From contig CATNEN010000033.1 of the NCBI GenBank assembly GCA_950097015.1, positions 1,922,001 to 1,986,000 on the forward strand: 64,000 bases of DNA, read 5' to 3'. This document shows positions 1 to 13,161 of this stretch, in pieces (the stretch's first letter is position 1; each line of letters begins with the position of its first letter). The position numbers and the translations under genes are program-made. The notes below the pieces were generated by a model, which was not told the DNA's origin, did no database searches, and saw only the letters and a list, made by a program, of their open reading frames with translations. This stretch comes from Macrostomum hystrix. Taxonomy: Eukaryota; Animalia; Platyhelminthes.

Positions 1-2099
1 TACTGTCAGTATCATTGTGGGCCAAGTGAAAAAGTTCCTCGCATTCCGTACAGATAGCCATTGTGGTTCATACTCTAGAAAATAGAGCTGCGACACATTT
101 ATTTCCATTTTTCTGTCTGACAGACGGTTTGAGAGCTGAGGCCCACATTTACTCAAATTGAGCACACAAAACAATAAATTTTCTGCAAACTGGCTTCTCA
201 AATTACTCGCCTGAGGAGGCCAGGTTGAGCTGTTGCGTAAGTACTTCTTAGAAAAATTTAGGGAAATCCTGCCAAGTGATCTTCAGCTTATTGCCAGTCA
301 CATAAATGCCTACAATGCCAATAAATTTAGCTGTTTTATTCGTGTAGACCCTCACTAGGCTAATGCTTAGTGTGACATGAGCTTTTTCAAACTCAATGGT
401 GCAATTTTGTGCACATCGTTGTACGAGTATAAGGCTATAGTTTTTGTGAAAATTTTCTGCGCCTGAACAGAGCCTCGCCTCGCCTCAAGGGACTTTTCCT
501 GCGATTTGTTATTTCAACTGGTCGAGTGCACTTTCCAGGGCTTGATGAATGAGATTGGAGAAATTCTTTTCATACGCCTTCGTTGCTCCGTTCAGGTGTG
601 TTGCTAATACTAATATAACCTGTATCTGGGCAGCCGCTGACTACGTCATGAATTCCCGCAATTCAAAGAACAATAAAACATATCCCGGTCATAAAGTAGA
701 AGTTAGTTCAGAGCTGCCGCATGTTCCCTTATCCCACTTTGCGAATGCGAATTTCAACCTGAAATAAACCGTCGGAGAATCGAAAAAAGCCTGCCGCAGT
801 AAGTCGGCGTCCGATTTCCGCAGGGGCAGCTGTGGCACTGCAGCAATAGGCATTGCGACAGGCATTGCGGACTGACCGACCCCCGCCACTCAGCAATGCT
901 GCAATATCCTGGGTTTGCCGCCCAGACACTGCCCTCACTGCTATCGCTGCCTTCAGTGGCAGAGGGGGAGACAGCGAATTTCTCCCTCTTTAAGTTAAAT
1001 GACAAAAAAGCTTTTCAGAAATCGGACACAGCAAACCTGCCCGCATGGTCCGCGACTTGGTTCTTACACTGCTTTATTGCGCTCCACCAGGCATGGGTCT
1101 ATTTTTAGACGGAGCGGAGGAACATTGCGGATTTTTATAGCTACTAAACTCCCAGCTAAAAGCCTTTCATGCGTCTGATATAACCTTCTTGGCTTCTTTC
1201 TTCGTCCTCTACTACTATGCGGAGCACTCGCATGCGAAGTCGTTACTCGGACAGCTCGCTACACTGGTCTCCCGAGTTAGTAGGGCCGCAGCCATCGGAC
1301 CGCAGCTGAGATAGATGTGGCGCTGTCGTCCCACTTAAGCGAGCAGGTAAATTTTTTATATTCCCAGTGCTGTTTTCTCCCCGCAGCAGCTTCGAGCTGC
1401 CTTAAACGCATGAATGCCTCGACAATCAGTGTGCGCTTGCTGCACGAAAGGCGCCTCCTCGGATGTTCTACCACCTAGGGCTGCGGTTTCATTGTAATAG
1501 TTGCACTTGTATCGCAGCTAATTGCTGCCGAACTCGATGCTAGCGACACGGCGGAGGCTCCTCTGAAAGTAGCGGCTTTTCCTCTGAAAAGCGCTGCACG
1601 CAGAAGTCGCCCCGAGGCGGGATCTGACGAGTCGTGCTTTCTATCATCCCGGCCATCCCGGGCCACGAACAGTGGCTGTGACATGTCGCAAAAGTACTCA
1701 CGCCGAAGTAAACACCAAATAAATGAGAGGCTATGTCTGCAAGTAGCACTAGCATAAGGGTGAGTGCAATGCTGACAATATTGCTGTTAGGAGCCAGGAT
1801 CCTTTGTGAGCACCCATTCGATCAGACCACGAGGCGTCTGGCCCTTGAAACCTACAGTATAACATATAGAACAGCTTCATTTGAATTTTACTTTCCAAGA
1901 AGCCTTAGGCATGGCCCAATTTATCTTAGTCAAGTGAATAAAGTAAAATTAACCATAAAATGATAGACGCCGTCTGCTTTCATACCTTAGTCTTGAAAGT
2001 CTTAGAAAATCTGATGGACGAGTCAATTTCTCAGCAGAAACGATGTCGTATTGTACAAGCTTGAACCTTGAGAGCCATTCACTCCAGCACCTCATGTTC

Positions 2100-3249
2100 T
2101 CAGGCCGGGCCCGTCTTGGCCTGGAAGTCACGCTTCATCTGGGCCAGGGCGGCGAGAAACTGATTCCGTCGAGCACAAACATCCGTCAGCGACTCCAGCG
2201 GCATCAGGGCGTCCATCTCGGCGGCCAGCCGGTCCACCTCCTCGCCCTGGAAGGTCGGCGTCGGGCCAAACGTGGCCGACACTCGAGCCACACCGGAGCC
2301 GAATCGCTGGCAGTAGTCGCGGATGCCGTTGGCGTTGGTCTGCATAACCGCGAGAGGGCCCAAGAAGCAGTAGCGCGGAGCCAGGCCGCAAGTCATCACC
2401 TGTGAAGAAGTGGAAGTAGAGGTTGCAGCCATCTAGCATGCGCTGAATTGCTGCATCTGCTCGTTGCTTAGCATTTCTTAGATAGTCTTCAACACTTCGC
2501 TAATGTGAGTCGAATGGACATTGGGGCGGGGCAGAACTAGCGAAATTTATTATTTATAAATAGCGACCATGAAAAAAACTCACCTTGTCCACGTCTTCGG
2601 CACTCATCGCTCCGCTCGACACGAGTCTCCACGCCTCGTTGATGATCGCATACTGCAATCGGTTAACAGCAAATCCGTCCAGCTCCTTGTTGATGACGAT
2701 TGGCTCTTGACCAAGCTGCAGTAGCGTCTCCTTCACCGTCTTCACCACGCTCGGGTCGGTGAACGGTGACGGAACGAGCTCGACTAGCGGCAGGAAGTAG
2801 GGCGGGTTGATAGGGTGTGCCACCAGACACCTGGCACGGCCAGCCAGCTCGCCCGTGAACACCGACGGCATGATGCAGCTGGTCGAGGAGCTCAGGATGG
2901 CGTCGGCCGGAGCCTTGGCGTCCAGCAGCTGAAAGACGTCCCGCTTCACCTGCACGTCCTCGTACACACACTCCTGCACTAGGAAGGCGCCGTCCAGAGC
3001 CGCTTCCAGCGACGCCGGCGCCGAAATCAACTGCAGCTGCTGCTCTGCTGACAGGCTGCCCCGCAGGTGGCCCGCCGTAGACAGCTCGCTCAGCTGGCTG
3101 CCGATTCGCTCGAGAGAGCGCGCCGCCTGGCCCTCCTGAGCATCGTACAGGGCGACTCGAAAGCCGGCGGACGCGAACAGCAGGGCCCACTGGCTGCCGA
3201 CCAGGCCGCTGCCGAATATGACCACTTTGCGATTGTGAGACTCCGACAT
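2100..3249 (-). CDS. CRYL1: Lambda-crystallin homolog / L-gulonate 3-dehydrogenase, 2 exons (3249-2584, 2399-2100), about 321 aa
   Basis: GSGLVG Rossmann motif, VQECVYE, LSSSTS, AHPINPPY, GFAVNRLQYA. Donor AAG|GTGAGT at 2584/2583 and acceptor CAG|GTG at 2400/2399 (phase 0) join to VMTCGLAPRYCFLGP. Length matches CRYL1. Confidence 0.93.
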
Positions 3250-4163
3250 CACTGCTGGAATGAAGAATTGAAGCGGAATAGAAGGCTGATGTGAGAAGCA
3301 GTGAAAATGCTAGAAAATAACTGCTTAAAGCTGAAACGGTAGACGTTACGCTATAAACATTTCAGCATGCGGTTTAACTATGCAAACGCCACTTTGTGAC
3401 CTGCCTGCATCATGGCATTTTCGGACAGCCTAAAATTAAAGCATGGTGTACTACTGATGGCTGATTTGTCTATTCGTGCGCCTGAGTGACCTCGTCGGGC
3501 TAAAGTTCCAGTCACAATCAACTGCTTGAGGATATAGAAGCGCTGGCAGCCAGATATTACTTGAGCAGATTGCTGCTTACCTAGACTGCTCAGCCTGTTC
3601 CGGAAGTGGAAGCCAACTCAATCCCTCTGAGTGTGTGTGCTTCGCTGGATTGCCCAAACAGGCCATGCACAGCTATACCATGCGTTGCTGACCACTCAAA
3701 CTTTATCTATCGAACCGACCATGCAGAGCCGACCTCGAGGCCCAGGCAGAGGGTGTCCGCCCAAGTGTCATTGTGCGCATGTCAAGCTGCTGATCATTTG
3801 GCCCTATACTCCATACGAACCCGACTAGTTCTACTGGCGGTGCACTGATAAGAGAAAATTTACTCAGTAGAGTAAGTCTGTGTGTTAACTAATCTTTGAA
3901 ATGAGTGGCGACAAATACTTTCAGTAGGGGGCACAGTTACACAGTTACATCGAAATTAGTACTAATCGTTAAATTACATTTCTCCATTGAACTACACTTT
4001 CTGACATTAAATTTTACTACATTTTACTCCGTCAAAGTACATTTTTCTCCTTTAAATTACATCTTTCTCCGTTAACTTACATTACGTAAAATTCCATTTT
4101 ACTCCGTTGAAGTACATTTTTCTCCGTTATATTACTGTTTACTCTGTAAGTTACATTTCATTC

Positions 4164-4540
4164 GGGGTCGGTGGCAGAGCGGTTATCGCGTTTGCCTCTC
4201 GCACCACGGTCCCTAAGTTCGATTCCACGGCGAGGCCACATTTATTTGGGGCGCAGCCGCGGAGAGAAGGCTTAAGGGCTTGTCGTGCAATTTACGCCCT
4301 CGAGGGCCAACCTCCAAGGCACAGTGAAATGTACACTGCCTGACGATGAGAAAGTCAGGGCAGATGTACACACCTGTGTGAGCGTATGCCTTCGTACAGT
4401 ATCTGTGTGCGTGTGTGCTCAGGAGTCAGCGAAATGGGCAGAATTGCCTCCTCGCTGGCTGAGGGTCTAGTGTCACTAAATGATGTGCCACTGCCCGCAG
4501 CCCACCTGCAATTATTATTATTATTATTATTATTATTTTA
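4164..4540 (+). mobile_element. tRNA-derived SINE, family 1, full copy
   Basis: A box (GGTGGCAGAGCGG), B box (GTTCGATTCC), about 370-bp body, (ATT)n tail. Near-identical copies at 8875, 12796, 45020 and 53330. Confidence 0.88.
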
Positions 4541-6444
4541 TTATTAAATTTCATTCAGTTAACTTTTATTTTTTACTCTGTCAGTTTTTTTTTAAATATT
4601 TTTGACAAGCTAAGAAGTTGCACAGATATTAATAGACGAATCATAAATTAGTTATTGGTTATTATATTAGTCCGATGCTTTAACCTGTGTTTTAAAGCGA
4701 ACCAAAAATGAAAACACTCGGAAACTGTACCGATGCGGAAAAAATGAAAGAAGAGGGAACTTTAAACGATCGTTACTGACTTTTAACATTGACCAGATAA
4801 AGTAACGTATATCGTTATTCCTTGACGCAAAAAATTGTCGATTTACTAAATTATGGCTTTTTTTATCCATAGTGCTACTTGTAGTAGAAAATCTTGCAGC
4901 CAATTTTCAATTCTTCCCCGATCACAACTCGAGGCTTGCAATCTGCTAAAAGCTGCTTGAGAGATTTATATTAGCCAGAAACTCGTTAGCCTCACTCGCT
5001 AAAACTGATAGGAAAAGTTTTACTTCGCGTGCTCGAAAACATACAGAGAAGTGCCAGGCCCGCTTTTGCACGTTTGAGATGCTAAGATTCTTACAGAAAG
5101 AGTTCTTTCCGCTGATTAGCCTCGGCGGCTGAGGATTAAGCTCTCGAACCCCACGGGGGGGGCTCGCCAACTGACCAAGCCATACCTTGCGGGCTTTCAC
5201 AGAGAACTCTCAAGCAATGCTCTCAAAGGCTTTACTATAGGAGAAGTCTGTAAATAGTGCAGTGATCAAGCACGTATGTGGATAAATAATCCTGGGAACA
5301 GTTATAAGGGAAAGAAGTGGATAGATCAGAGTTAACGTGCCGTTTCCCATTAGAGAATCATTGATTGAAGCTCAAAATCTTCGAAGAGAATTCGAAAACT
5401 TGGCGAGGATTTTTCGCAGTTTTTACATTAATAATCCATCGAAGATTGCAGACTAGATGTCTAAATATCGGGCTTTACTTTTTGTCGAAAGCGCTGACCC
5501 TTATGAAGCAAAAATTAGAGCAACCTTTGAATCGGAAAGTGTTTCGAGCTTCTCCTCAACGTCTTAGAAACCACCAAGGTCTTAGAAATTTAGCTCTGAG
5601 GTTAATATCGCCAGCGTTTATTAACAGTAGTGCATGGTGCGATCTGGTTTCAAGACAGAATATTTTAATATCCCTTATAGGCTCGATTACTCGTTCACTT
5701 TTTATACCATTCTGCACAGTTGAGGATCCCATTAATGTACACAAAAACCGTTCACCTAATAGCAGTGTGAATGAGCCTTAGGTCTATGACTTGTGTTGGA
5801 CTTCTTTAGACTTCATATTTCAAGCTCAGTCATTCAACCACTCTTTTTGTGTACTTCAATAAGAAAGATGCTTGAATCGCTGCGATCGTATTGAGTGAAC
5901 TGCAAGCCAGCTGCGTGACAACTTTTCGACTCATTTAGAGTACATGTAGCTTCCGTAGTGCCTACAAAGAAAAATAGGCCTACATGTATATATTGAGTTA
6001 CAAAGCATAGTTTGGTAAAAGCGAATTGCTCTAGGACCATGCTGTAGCAGCCGCATCGGACTGTGATTTGATCGAACGAAACTTAGGAATTTGAGATTTG
6101 AGCAATGTCAGAGAGCAGAACATTCCGACGTAGTGAAGGCTGCAATATTTAACGTTGTGTTTAAGCTGATACTCAATTTTCTTTAACTAGGAATGAACCT
6201 TCACGACAATATGCTGAGCTCAAACTGGTTCTTGTATATGGCATTATAAATTTGAAATTTTCGTTCTAAGTAATATAGAGACCCATTAAAAAATACTCAG
6301 ATGCTAGTGATCTGCCTGAGAGCGAAATTTTAATGCAGCATTCATGAGCTGCGCTTGTAGAGGGCGACGGAACTGTGGGCCAGTAAAGAATTGAAAAGTC
6401 GGGTTGAACAAGGACCCCATGAATTATGAATTCCGAATCTAAGC

Positions 6445-8750
6445 ACATTTGCATCACCCGGCCCTATACTTGCCCTATACCGCACGCCGATCTGGCATGG
6501 AGACACGTGAACTTATTCGCGACATCTACGAAGGCGGCTGCACTGTCGTACATACAGGCTTGGAGCGCTGCACTGCTGAGATTCCCGTGTTCGTTGGGAT
6601 GAGGTTTAGGCAGGCCCGGTGGACTCGCAGCGGCGGAGACGGACAAGGCTGCCCGCTGTCAGGAATCCTGTTCGTCCTGTGCATGGAACCACTACTACGT
6701 GCTTCAAGGTCGAGGACGGATATGAATTGTTTGGCAGGCGTATCTCGACCCTCGCCTATGCTGACGATGCTGCCATCCTCGCTGGCAGCAGCGAGTCGCT
6801 GGTTCGCGCGGCGGCAGCCACCGAGCGTGCAGCATCGTGGGCTGGCCTGACTATCAACCCAGGCAAGTGCGGCCATCTGACAATCAACGGCGTCTCGGTG
6901 AAGGATGACGACCTGATTCTTACGGGCGGCACAGTGCACTGCCTCTGTGCTGACGAGTGCTACGAGTACCTCTGTGTGCCAGCGGGCGCCCGCCGTTCAG
7001 CCTCCATGTCTTCGAGCAAGCTCTGCATGACCTCACCGCGCTTGCCAACAGCGAGTTGCTACCATGGTACAAGTTAGATGCCTTCTCCACCTTCATTGTG
7101 TCACGTCTACCGTTTCACCTGCGGCTCCGTGACGCTAACTGGAGGCCGCTAGGCAACGAACGTAGGCAGTTGACCGGTCAACAGAAAGCGGAACTGGGAC
7201 TTGATAAGCCTGTGTGACAACTCATCCGCCGCATCCTGTTCCTGCTGGTCGAATCAGCCATCGATTACATCTATGCCGACAAGCGCCACGGTGGTCTCGC
7301 TCATCAAGGAAGAAGGGGCCATACAGAAAATAGTTGAGGCGGTCGCCATGCTCACCCACGTAGATGCCGTACTTCACACCATTGCCTGGACCGAGCTTCG
7401 CGAGTTGGTACGCCGCCGGCTGTCTGCGTGTTGCGCCGGTCCGCCCCAGCGATGTTTCTGGTCTCCTCAACGGCGCTACGCCCCCCCCCTCCCTAGAGGG
7501 AGGACAGCCCGCCCCCTCCCTAGCGGATCCCTCACAATGGCGCCATGCTCTATCGGGCGCCACAGAGGTGCTTCGCAAGACGGGCCTCGTAGCCCGGAAG
7601 CTCCATGAGCTGGTTCGCACGTCGCACACGGCCGCCCTTCGGCAGTGCAACTCGTAGGGCCGCATCGCCACTACGGCCAGGCACATTGGCGGCCATACCT
7701 GCATGGCTTTTCCGGAGCAATGGGATGCGTGTGTATGACGGGAGATTCGTCCACCGGGCCTGCCTAAACCTCATCCCAACGAACTCGCTATACGCAAGCT
7801 GGTCGATCCTACCGCTGACGCCCGACTAACCGGAGTAGCGGATGCGCGGCGCTGACTCCGACACCCTCAGGCACGTGCTATGCGGCTGCCGGGTTTACGC
7901 CAGGCGGTGGAATGACCGCCACAACGGCATTGTCGGCGCCATTGTGGGATGCCATCCGCGACGCCAAGTCACCAACCCTGGCGCGCCCCCAGTATGCTTA
8001 GCGAAGAATCCGCATTAACACACACATGCTAAACCAGCTGCCCGCGTTACGAATAATCAGGAGGTGCTGCCCGGCTCCGGCCTGCGTCCCGACATCTGCA
8101 TCGAGGACCCGGCCAAGGGCCGCCGCCTGCTGATCGAGATCAAGTCGCCCATAGAAGTTGGCCCGGCGGCAGCGACCTTCTCGGCAAGCACCGCGCCGTC
8201 CGCGAAAGTACGCAGGGATCACAAGACAGCTGCCATGCCAACCGCCTTAGCAACGGTCTGTGTCGGCGGCCTGGGTGCATGGTTGCTGCATAACAACACT
8301 ATCCTGCGCGCCGCCGGCCTCCGCGAGCGCACCATCCGCCAGCTTCAGCGCCATCTGGCGCTCAGTTGTATTCACTGTAGCCGCAACACCTGGGAGCAGC
8401 ACTGCACTGGCTGCTTTGAATTGAAATGTGCTCTAATCTATTGTACTGCTGTCTCCTGCCTTTCCGTGCGCCCTAATAATTTGCTTTTAATTCATTTTTA
8501 CCTCGCCCCCTTGTGCATGCGTCCCCCCTTTTGCTGCCTTTTTTATCCTTGCCGCTTCTTTTAGCGCCATTTGTTCTACTGCCCGTATTCGGCATGCCTC
8601 TCTTTTTGGAAGTTGACTCCATCTTCTTTGACTCGCTCCTTTTATTGTTTGTTTTGACACTCGGCTTCTAACATATTTTTATACCTAAATATACTGCCTG
8701 ATCAGCCTGGCTGTTATTGTAAAGAGTCGAATACCACTCGACTCAATAAA
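6445..8750 (+). mobile_element. 5'-truncated, frameshifted non-LTR retrotransposon with RT and C-terminal restriction-like endonuclease (R2/NeSL/Utopia-type)
   Basis: QGCPLSGILF, LAYADD, INPGKC, FVHRACLNLIP, zinc-knuckle remnant TLRHVLCGC with RHNGIV, and RPDICI..LLIEIKSP (PD-(D/E)xK), spread over several frames. The 3' UTR ends in a hairpin plus AATAAA. Confidence 0.88.
8724..8750 (+). terminator. 3'-terminal stem-loop and polyadenylation signal of the LINE
   Basis: GAGTCGA-ATACCAC-TCGACTC (7-bp stem) directly followed by AATAAA at 8745-8750. Confidence 0.55.
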
Positions 8751-8874
8751 TTATCCCTCCAGTAAGAAAACTTGTCATACTTCGGACTATGTTTGATTTC
8801 TAAGGTGCGGCTATGGACTACTAAATACTTCGAAGTACGAGTATATACTAGTATTTAGTAGTCCCTGGGTGCGG

Positions 8875-9233
8875 GGGGTGAGTGGCAGAGCGGTTAACGC
8901 GTTTGCCTCTCGCACCACGGTCCCTAAGTTCGATTCCACGGCGGGGCCACATTTATTTGGGACGCAGCCGCGGAGAGAAGGCTTTGGGGCTTGTCGTGCA
9001 ATTTACGCCCTTGAGGGCCAACCTCCAAGGACACAGTGAAGTGTACACTGCCTGACGATGAGAAAGTCAGGGCAGATGTACACACCTGTGTGAGCGCATT
9101 CCTGCGTACGGTATCTGTGTGCGTGTGTGCTCAGGAGTCAGTGAAATGGGCAGAATTGCCTCCTCGCTGGCTGCGGGTCTAGTGTCGCCAAATGATGCGT
9201 CATTGCCCGCAGCCCTCCTGCAATTATTATTAT
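8875..9233 (+). mobile_element. tRNA-derived SINE, family 1
   Basis: Same A/B boxes, body and ATT tail as 4164-4540. Confidence 0.88.
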
Positions 9234-10252
9234 ACTGTTAAGTGCGGCTGTCAATGTACTAGCTAATGTATGCGGGGAATACAAGGAAGAGCGGATGGAT
9301 ATAGCTCAAGAAAATCGAATTACTGGCATTGTCGTATATTTCCTACAATCCGTTTGTAACGCTCTGTTGATCTGATTAAACCTGACAGTGGGGTATAAGC
9401 CCTGCTGAGGATACCAAGATAAGGAGAGCAGGGGGCAGAGAGATGAACTGAAGCTTGGACAGTACTCCCCTACGCATTCACTATATCTAAGAGCATAGAT
9501 TATAGAAAATACCACAGGCAGCTAACAACGGACCAATGCCTAGATGCACAGGATTAAGATGCATAAAAATAGCTCACACAGTGCATAGAGCTCAAACACT
9601 CACCAAAGCCGGAGATGAGAAGTCAGCGTTGAGATGAAAAAAAGAGTTGTAGCCTATAGAAAGGAAATTTGCGGAGGGCGGAGAGGGATTAAACGTGCGG
9701 CAACTGTCTGTAAGTACTTTGTTTGTTAACTCCAGTCACACACTATACGGGCCAGGCAGCCAATGCATTAACTGTATTATAGTAAGGGCTTATAAAATGT
9801 CCCATTTTGTTTTGGGGAACCGGTCGCTTTCTGAAGTTCTTGGGGTGGGGTTAGTCGCGGACTTGGGGTGCTGTGACCTTGAAACTTCAACCCCTTGCCC
9901 TTCTGTCGGAAGCGGAGGGGAGGTGGTGGGTGTGAAGCGTCTCAATGTACAGTTTTCTAAACTGGGTTAGAAAAAATTTCAAAACGAAAGGGCGGGCCTG
10001 CCAATGGAGGAGAGGTGGAGGTGGCTGAATCGACAGCCAATAGATAAACAGGAGCTCCACCTGACTGAGGCCTCCTCTCTATGCTGTGTGTGCTGCTATT
10101 GCTTAGTATATATTTTGTGCGCCAAGCTGCAAGTCCTCATCATTCCATGATATCAGCGTGCTCATTGTAAAGCTAGTTAACCCCCGAACTAACAAGGAAC
10201 CTAGAGAACAAAGCTGATAAATAAAAAGCGGACAAAAATCAGCTCAAGCGGA

Positions 10253-11962
10253 ATGGCAGCAAGTTTTCTTCCCCGCATCGCTGGCCGGCGCCTCCTGCAC
10301 GGCGTACCGGACCTGCCACAGAACCGGGTGGCCATTCTGGGCGCCTGCGGTGCGCTTGGCCAGCCTCTGGCCCTGATGCTGAAACGGTCGGCGTTCGTGT
10401 CCGAACTGGCGCTCTACGACTCGCGCGACACTCGCGGCCTCTGCGCCGATCTCGGACACATTTCAACCAAGGCCCACGTCAGCGGCTACCAGGGCCAGCG
10501 GCAGTTAGCCGACTGTCTGCGCAATTGCAGCCTGGTTGTGATGCTGGCCGGCCGGCCCAGACAGCCCGGCATGCGGCGCTCCGACCTGTTTGACCTGAAC
10601 GCCGGCACAGTGGCCGAGCTGACCTCGGCAGTGGCCAGGCACTGTCCACAGGCGCAGCTGTGCCTGCTGACCAGCCCGTTGAATAGCAACGTGCCGCTAG
10701 CAGCGGAGATCCTGCGCCGCTACGGTGCGCACGACCCGAGACGGCTGTTCGGGATTACGGCCATAGACTCCGTGCGGGCCAACATACTCCTGGCAAAGAG
10801 GACCGGTGAGCCCATCGCTTAGTTGACAATTTAAATGTTTTGTTTTAATTGCATCTGTGTTTTGGCGCCAATTACTTCAATAAATTTCTTAGTCCTACAA
10901 GTTAGCTGTGTGCCTTGCGTTGGTAGTATAACTACCATCCCCCCAGACAATTTCTTGTGCTGCACCCGATCGGAGCAACGCGAGAACACTAAACTCAAGA
11001 ATACGGGCCAGATTTTTGTTGCGCATCTTCTGAAATAACAATCAAGTCGCCAGCCCTTCATACTGTCGATTATATATATTCAACGGTTCTGGTCGAAGGT
11101 CATGATTTTTCCCATGAGAGCTAGTGTTCGATCCGTATCTCGTAGCACCCCTATGGGCCTATACACAAACTTGCACTGTGGCCTTGCCAGCCTTCAAACT
11201 TTATCAGCACGCCACCCGAATGTGCCTGCATAATCTCCAACTTCGGTAGTCACCGAACTTTATCTAGACGGAGCTGCTGAAAGTTGTCAGGGGGAGGGAA
11301 TCTCCCCCTCTTGGTAAAAAAACGGGCGGCAAAACGGCTTAGTAAAACGGCCCGGCATACTGTTAAGCTGATGCCGGGCAAAAAGTAACTGGAAAACTGG
11401 GCCTTCAAACTTGGCCTGGGTCTAAAATTGGGAGTGCATGGAATAACATGAATCAGATGCTCAACGCACAAACACTCGTCGCCCAGGCGCACCGCTGGAA
11501 AAGGTCAGCGTGCCAGTCGTCGGCGGGCACAGCGGCGCCACCCTGGTGCCCGTGTTCAGTCGCACAGAGCCTCACTGCAGGCTATCCAGCAGAGAACTGG
11601 ACTCCATGACCCAGGAGGTGCGCGGCGCCGCCGACGCTGTCCTGTCGGCCAAGGCAGGTGCCGGCTCCGCCTCGCTGTCAGTGGCGGCTGCGGCGCACGG
11701 CTTCGTGCACTCGCTGCTGTGCGCCATGGACGGCCGGCAGAATGTGGTGGAGTCGGCCTATGTAGAGTCGGACGCGGTGGATGGCGCCACCTTCTGCTCC
11801 AATCCACTGCTGCTGGGCCAGGAAGGCGTTGAGCAGAATCTGGGCGTCGGCCAGCTGTCGGAGTCCGAGGCCGAGCTCATGCTGGCTGCGGTTCAAGAGC
11901 TGTCTGACCAGATCGACCAAGGTCGGCGATTCGCTCGGGCTTGGAAGCCGCCGACCAACTGA
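10253..11962 (+). CDS. MDH2: Mitochondrial malate dehydrogenase, divergent paralog, 2 exons (10253-10805, 11487-11962)
   Basis: Arg-rich presequence, GACGALGQPL, AGRPRQPGMRRSDLF, GITAIDSVRA, VPVVGGHSG, AKAGAGSASLS. Phase-1 intron G|GTGAG..CCCAG|GC. Confidence 0.9.
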
Positions 11963-12795
11963 GGTTCGTTCGTTCCATGCGCATTTTTTAAGTGTTTGCT
12001 GTCACAGAGCAGTGAGGCATCACGTGTACAACGTCAGGAATGCTGCAAGGCCCTGGGCCATTGCCGGCTGGTTTCGAACACAAAGTTTGTGTGTTTTCAG
12101 GTGACGCGTTGTCTGGATGACTATTTTATTAGCTTTTGATTATGATTTTGCGGATTGATTCCACTATGGGTTTCGGGTTTTAGTTACTATTTATTTAGTT
12201 CCACCCGCACCATATCAATGTGATATCGCTTTCGCAATGTGTTTATTACTTGCACTCTGTATATTAACCCTGCCTCGTAACTTCAAGTAAGTAAAGTTTT
12301 AGGGGTCATTGTTGCGACCCGAAATTGTACCTGGTATTTTACCGCGAGACTCGAACTCATGACCTTCGCAAGTATCATAATCCACCCGGCTGATCTGCCC
12401 TCCCTAAATGGGTCATGAACAGAAGCAAATCGAATTCTCATACAGTACTTACTCCTATCAAATTCTCAGGCTTCTGTTCATGGCTCAAATGCTTTTAAAA
12501 AACTGTTTTATTAGATTAAAATCCGGCTCATTGTAAATAGTGCAATTCCGTTAACGTATTTTATTCGGCGGTTTAAATTGCAGTAGTTGTGTAGTCAGTA
12601 GATCCAAGTGCTCTAGCAGACGGTTTGTTCCAGTAGCAACTGGTCTGAGATAATGCAGCCAATTGAAATGGCACGAGTTCTGTTGCTTCTTTATCTGCCT
12701 GTTTACCCTAAAGGCAGCAACTGTTTGATTAACGAGTAGAGTACGTTACTTATTGTGCTAGTCATAAATAGTCATATATCGTACACACGATGATA

Positions 12796-13161
12796 AAAAT
12801 AATAATAATAATTGCAGGAGGGCTGCGGGCAATGACACATAGTTTGGTGACACTAGACCCGCAGCCAGCGAGGAGGCAATTCTGCCCATTTCGCTGACTC
12901 CTGAGCACACACGCACACAGATACTGTACGCAGGCATACGCTCACACAGGTGTGTACATCTGCCCTGACTTTCTCATCGTCAGGCAGTGTACACTCGAAC
13001 TGTGCCTTGGAGGTTGGCCCTCAATGGCGTAAATTGCACGACAAGCCCCCAAGCCTTCTCTCCGCGGCTGCGCCCCAAATAAATGTGGCCTCGCCGTGGA
13101 ATCGAACTTAGGGACTGAGGTGCGAGTGGCAAACGCGATAACCGCTCTGCCACCGACCCCC
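12796..13161 (-). mobile_element. tRNA-derived SINE, family 1, with 14-bp target-site duplication
   Basis: Reverse-complement copy flanked by TACACACGATGATA at 12782-12795 and 13162-13175. Confidence 0.92.

Noticed and set aside
500-1750. Short ORFs and CpG-rich patches at the window start, and 4900-6000 and 9250-10100
   Set aside because: There are no recognisable domains, termini or TSDs. They are possibly old TE debris, but I cannot support a call.
4164-4240. SINE heads (also 8875, 13100, 28075, 12340) as tRNA genes
   Set aside because: They have A/B boxes but no complete cloverleaf and continue into a shared SINE body and tail.
4338-4362. CTGACGA..GAAA in SINE family 1 as a hammerhead ribozyme
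   Set aside because: There is no stem II, and CTGAC pairs with GTCAG as a simple hairpin.
11090-11250. Colinear U1 snRNA-like words in the MDH2 intron (CGAAGGT, TTTTCCCA, TTGCACT, CTGCATAAT, GGTAGT)
   Set aside because: The spacing disagrees with U1, and the 5' ATACTTACCTG and Sm site are absent. It is probably chance, and an Infernal/Rfam scan would settle it.
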